64,000 bases of DNA from the human T2T-CHM13v2.0 reference genome, Homo sapiens, in assembly GCF_009914755.1 (NCBI RefSeq), contig NC_060932.1, one strand, 5' to 3'. Both the position numbers and the translations under genes were made by a program. The notes beneath the pieces are model-generated. The model made no database searches, had not been told where the DNA came from, and worked only from the letters and a program-made list of their open reading frames with translations. Positions 61,575 to 64,000 of the stretch are shown piece by piece. Position 1 is the stretch's first letter. Every line of letters starts with the position of its first letter.

Positions 61575-63210
61575 ATGCATATGTTTTGTGCTGGATTTTT
61601 TTTGCAGTTTGAATATGATGTACATGTATATAGTTTGTTATTTATCCTGCTTGGTATTTTCTGAGCTTCCTGAATCTGTGGTTTGGTGTCTGTCTTTAGT
61701 TTTGGAAAATGCTCAGCCATTATTACTTCAAATCTTTCTTTTGTTCCTTTCCTTCTTCTTCTGGTGTTCCCATTATGATTCCAAATGTTACACCTTTTAA
61801 GATTGTCCCACTGTTCTTAGTTATTCCTTTATCTTTTTCATTCTTTTTTCTGTTTACTTTTCAGTTTGAGAACTTTCTATTAATATATCTTCAAATGTAC
61901 TGATTCTTTCTTCAGCTGTGTTTAATCTGCTTATGAGCCCATCAGAGGCATTGTTCATTTCTGTTACCATGTTGATTTCTGGCATTTCCCTTTGGTTCTT
62001 TCTTAGAGTTTTCATCTCTCCATTTACATTTACCCATCTGTTCTTGCATGTTGTCCACTTTTTCCATTAAATCCTTTGACATATTGATCATAATCATTTT
62101 AAATTCCAAGTCTGACAATTTCAAAATCTGTGCCATATCTTGAGTGTGGTCCTGGTGCTTGCTTTGTCTCTTCAGACTGTGTTTTTTGCTTTTTAGCATG
62201 TTTATAATATTTTGCTGATAGCTAGACATGATATATCAGGTAAAAGGAAATGAGATAAATGATCCTTTAATGTGAGGTTTTATGTTTATCTGTCTAGGAG
62301 TTACCGTTTGTAGCTGTAGGTGTCAAAGGCTAAAATTTCCTTTAGTGTCCTGTTTTTGTCTCTCTTGTTGTCTCTGGGTTTCCCTAGAGACTGCTTTTTA
62401 ATAAGAATCTGAGGGACCTCTTTCAACTATAACGCCCAGGATCCTGACTAATGTAGTGGTAAGGTAAGGGGAGGTGAAGCGTTCTGGAGTCCTGTGCATA
62501 GTTCTCCTTCTTTTAGTAAGCCTGTGTCCTAGGCTGTGACCTTCATAAGTGCTTCTCAGCCCACCACCCCTTGGGTGAGACATGAAGGCTAGAGAGGGGT
62601 GGAGTTGAGTATTTCCACAGGTAAGTTAGGTTCTGGTAAAACCTCAGTTGGTTAGGTTCTGGCAAAATTAGTTTCTCTTGAGGAAAGGATTTTGTTAAGA
62701 AGACCAGAACGCTTTCCTCATTTATTTTGAAATGGGGAGTATTTCTAATTGGGGAGTATTTCAAAATGGCTACTTTTTCCCTCCGCCTGTCAGAAGCAGG
62801 AAGGAATTTTTGTGTAATCTTTACCCTGAGACCTGGGGGGGCTCCTGGAGATAAAACTCACAAAAGTTTGTGAGTCCCTCTGAAACTGGGCCCTTGGAGT
62901 TTTTAACTCTGAAGCTTATCCACACGGATCCTCCATCAGTTCCTCAGTCACAGTTAATTGCTCCTACCAGTATTGGCTCCAGCTGTGAGCTTCTGCTCCT
63001 GGCCTTTCTGTCCCCAGTAATTCTTGTGATTTTCTCAATCTGCCTCTCTCTCTCTTTAGTTTTCAGGACAGCAGTTTGCCCTGTGACATTTGTTCTTTGA
63101 TGTATCTAAGAAGAGTTACTGAGTTTCAGTTTGTTCAACAGCTTTTTTCTTCTGGGGACTGTAGTGATGATTTCCAAGCTCTTCACATGTTAGATTGGAA
63201 ACCAGAAGTC
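61575..63210 (-). mobile_element. Old L1M 5'UTR/ORF1 region, antisense, in intron 9
   Basis: Minus-strand remnants MAEHFPKLKTDTKPQIQEAQKIPSRIN and DMAQILKLSDLEFKMIMINMSKDLMEKVDNMQEQMG resemble L1 ORF1p. Confidence 0.82.
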
Positions 63211-64000
63211 TCTGTCTTATACATATAACTGATCTTTCCCTATAGTTCTTCCAGCAGCCATTCCAAATGAGGTGTTATTTACAGATATATATGAGGAAAA
63301 CAGTTGTTTCTCTTCTATTCAAAACGAAATATAGGATATCGACCACATAATCAGTGATAATATCTATCACCATTTCCTATGCCAAAAAAGAATTCTGTGG
63401 ATATCACAAGGGCCTGGTTTTATTTTTTAGCTTTCCGTTGTTGGCCTTTTGTTAAAATACTTGTTTTAGAAGATAAGTGACAGACTTAATTTTATTTTGT
63501 ATTGAGGTTTTTAAAAAAAAAAACTTACGGCAATAGCCCATGTCTACTTGGACAGTTTTCTTTTGCTGCATTGGTCTGTTAAAGATATTTCTTCCTTCCT
63601 CATCAGAATTAAAGAGCCCTCCTTTTATAAACTTATTCCATTAAAGAAGAAAAGTAAATGCCTTTCAAACTGTTTTCCATAAACAGTATGTAATGAGAAA
63701 TACTGTAGCAGTATTTTCTTTTACTATTCGTAGTATCATTTTAAGGCATTAAAAAGCATTATTTGTTCTTTAGAATGGATATACAGTGCAGATCTGAGTT
63801 ATGTAATCTCTAGCCTTGGGAAAGAAAAAGATTGGTGTGTTTTAATTTGTTATGTGCTCTTTGTATCTTTTCAGGCTATTGGCATGGCTGGGGTTGTTAA
63901 GATTTTGTATTTGATTTTTTGAGAAAATAAAAGACAAATGACAATAAAACAAAGGAAATGGGTTGTATGGGTTTAATGTCCAGAAATACATCATCTTAAA

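Overview
Human genomic DNA containing the 5' part of TERF1 (telomeric repeat-binding factor 1, TRF1/PIN2, a shelterin subunit; chr8q by recall) on the + strand. A CpG-island promoter lies at about 29.7-30.4 kb. Coding exons 1-9 run from 29924 to 60266 and splice into one open frame for codons 1-381; the last exon, with most of the Myb domain, is beyond the window. The first ~29 kb is intergenic and rich in repeats: Alus, a full THE1 element inside an Alu, a solo HERV-H LTR7, LTR8, MER21, MER34, DNA-transposon fossils, a tRNA-Phe/12S NUMT and a 33-nt U1 snRNA fragment. The introns hold Tigger1, a U6 pseudogene, L1/L2 fragments and Alu clusters. Almost all ORFs in the supplied track are repeat-derived noise. 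I found no new multi-gene system. The best leads are: (1) an in-frame 90-nt L1-derived cassette exon in intron 8, probably the reported TERF1-tsi exon; (2) a MER2 element expanded by TA-rich sequence and carrying direct and inverted copies of neighbouring DNA; (3) the solo LTR7 ~10.5 kb upstream of TERF1; (4) a U1 relic that puts a perfect splice donor on the upstream-antisense strand; (5) a candidate terminal exon that would drop the Myb domain. Repeat family names are from recalled consensus sequences and their boundaries are approximate.
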